From Chromera velia (lineage: Eukaryota), in assembly GCA_018398765.1 (NCBI GenBank), contig JAHBMJ010000024.1:1-64000 (forward strand): a stretch of DNA of 64,000 nt, in the 5' to 3' direction. Both the position numbers and the translations under genes were made by a program. The stretch's first letter is position 1; each line of letters starts with the position of its first letter. Below the pieces are notes generated by a model, which was given only the letters and a program-made list of their open reading frames with translations, had not been told where the DNA came from and made no database searches. This document shows, piece after piece, positions 61,621 through 64,000 of the stretch.

Positions 61621-62434
61621 TGTTTCCTCCAGCTCCCTCACGGCCCCCTCCTCAAACTTCCGGACTGCCCCTCTCCCCGTCCATCCTTCCGTCCCTTGAA
61701 GCCCAAATCGCATCAAAACTGCCCCTTACCGCGGAGCGCTGCCCGAATTAGAACCATTAGAAGATCCTAGAACGCCCATTCCTACGAGTCCTCGTCCCCC
61801 GATCCCAGCTTTCTCCCCTCATTTCCCTCTCCCTGTCCCCCTTCTTTCTGTTCGTCCCTTGAAAAGATTTTCTTGAGAAAACATACCTGGCCGCGAAGCG
61901 CTGCCGAAATTTTATGTTCATCGTGACCCTGACCTAACTTCCGTTGATTTCTTCCCGTTTTTTAATGTCCGCACTCTTTTTATCCACGTGAACTTGAGAA
62001 AAAGGAATCATTCCGCGTTCTCTGGACTTCCTCCTGAATGTTTTGTGTGCCTGTATGTATGGTTTGAGTGCATGTGCGGGCACTTCGTTCCCGGATGACG
62101 AACGGGTGCGTCTGCACTCTGATCGAGAAGGAGTGCGACAGAGGGGCTCTATGGCGACGCGACACAGCATCCCTGGATCACCGAAGGTGTGTGTCATGCT
62201 CTTCATACGTCTTGTGTGTCAGTGAACAAGCGCATGTCGAAATGTGTTCGTGTAGCAGATAAAGCACGAGAGTGAGGGTGCATGCGAGTGCATGCATGCA
62301 TCTCTCCTCACAGCCGGCAGCCACAATCACGGACCCCACGCAGAGTGCGGCAAGACGCCTCCTTGGATCACTGAAGGTATGTTCTTCTCTCTGTATATGT
62401 CTTGTGGGGATAAAATGAGTGTAAGTATGGGAGA

Positions 62435-62670
62435 TCGTGCGTGTGTATGCGTATATATTCTTCCAACAGCGCCGGAGCGACGACGATCAAGAACCGCATG
62501 CAGAGAAAGAGAGAGTAAGTATGAGTAAGTAAGGGCGTGCGTATGTATGCGTATATATTCTTCCAACAGCGCCGGAGCAACGACGATCAAGAACCCCATC
62601 CAGACCATGAAAGAGAGAGTAAGTATGAGTAAGTAAAGGCGTGCGTGTGTATGCGTATAAATTCTTCCAA
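62435..62670. repeat. ~102-bp tandem repeat, ~2.5 copies
   Basis: GTATGCGTATA(T/A)ATTCTTCCAA at about 62446, 62547 and 62649. Confidence 0.85.
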
Positions 62671-62682
62671 GGCAGAGAAAGT

Positions 62683-62684
<2 letters not shown>

Positions 62685-62722
<38 letters not shown>

Positions 62723-62787
62723 TGGTGTGTGTATGGTGTGTGTGTGGTATGTGTTGTGTGTGTGTGTGAGGTGTGTGTGTGGTGTAT

Positions 62788-62846
<59 letters not shown>

Positions 62847-62903
62847 GTGCGTGTGTGTATGTATGTTTGTGTGTGTATGTGTGTGTTTTGTGTGTGTGGT
62901 GTG

Positions 62904-62936
<33 letters not shown>

Positions 62937-62957
62937 TGTGTGTGTTGTGTGTGTGTG

Positions 62958-62995
<38 letters not shown>

Positions 62996-63012
62996 GTGTG
63001 TGTATGTGTGTG

Positions 63013-63058
<46 letters not shown>

Positions 63059-63212
63059 GCGTGTGCATGTGTGTGTCTGTGTGTGTGTTTGGTGTGTGTG
63101 TGTGTGACTCAGAGGTGTGTTTTTTACGTGGTGTGTATGTACGTGTGTGTGTGTGTGAGAGATGTGTTGTGTGTGTGGTGTGTTGTGTGTAGTGTTGTGA
63201 GTGTGGTATTGT

Positions 63213-63296
<84 letters not shown>

Positions 63297-63413
63297 TGTG
63301 TCTGTGTGTCTGTGTTTCTGTGGGTTGTGTGTGTGGCGTGTGTGTCTGTGTGTGTCTGTACCCATCTCTCTATCTATCTCTCTCGGCGCACTCGCTCGCT
63401 CTCTTTCTCTCTC

Positions 63414-63461
<48 letters not shown>

Positions 63462-63850
63462 TCTGTGTGCCTCCTCCAATCTTCCCCCTGTTCGCCACGG
63501 CTCGTACAAGTCCACGTTGAGATGGCCTTTCTGGAGCTCTAAAGGTACGCTGTGCATTGTGCATGTGTGTGCATATGTATGTGTGTATGTGTGTGTGTGT
63601 GTGTGTGTGTATGCCTCCTCCAATCCTCCTGCTGTCGCCACGGCTCGTACAAGTCCACGTTGAGATGGCCTTTTTTTGGAGCTCTAAAGGTACGCTGTGC
63701 ATTGTGCATGTTTGTGTGTGTATGTGTGTGTGTGTGTGTGTGTACTATGCCTCCTCCAATCCTCCTGCTGTCGCCACGGCTTGAACAAGTCCACGTTGAG
63801 ATGGCCTTTCTGCAGCTTTAAAGGAACGCTGTGCATTATGCATGTGTGTG
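62685..63850. repeat. (TG)n/(CT)n microsatellite followed by three ~140-bp units separated by TG tracts
   Basis: TGCCTCCTCCAAT...CAAGTCCACGTTGAGATGGCC at about 63467, 63612 and 63748. Confidence 0.92.
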
Positions 63851-63926
63851 TCCATGACACCGAGTTTGTGTAGTGTGTGTGTATGTGTGTGGTGTTGAGT
63901 GTGAGTGGTGTGTGTGTGTCTGTTTA

Positions 63927-63968
<42 letters not shown>

Positions 63969-64000
63969 GCTCACTATAAATATGAGAGAGAAAGAGAAAG

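Noticed and set aside
62487..63821. HT/CV-rich ORFs
   Set aside because: (TG)n microsatellite translations.

Overview
Eukaryotic, intron-rich and microsatellite-rich DNA with two assembly gaps (3397-3709, 24138-24474). It is most likely from a chromerid alveolate such as Chromera velia; this is inferred from the bipartite plastid presequences, the SBPase-HDR fusion and the TGCATG-rich promoters. Most short ORFs in the supplied track are repeat or intron noise, and the real genes had to be spliced by hand. In order, the window holds: (1) minisatellite and satellite arrays (1-6500); (2) a frameshifted TPR gene; (3) a two-exon GT14/Branch-like glycosyltransferase; (4) an intronless EOGT-like GT61 O-GlcNAc transferase ending in RDEL, lying head-to-head about 0.9 kb from a secreted protein of 11 Ca-binding EGF repeats encoded one per exon, 9 of which carry the Thr at the EOGT acceptor position; (5) a TE cluster (5'-truncated LINE, foldback element, gag-less Ty1/copia); (6) a 9-exon calpain-like protease with a plastid-type presequence; (7) a 16-17-exon plastid-targeted SBPase-HDR(IspH) fusion; (8) degenerate exon-like modules and terminal repeats. 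The EOGT/EGF pair is the best candidate for an undescribed system. A recurrent class of tiny insertions flanked by long (17-48 bp) duplications, often copying splice sites, was also found. All family assignments rest on motif recognition; no searches were run.
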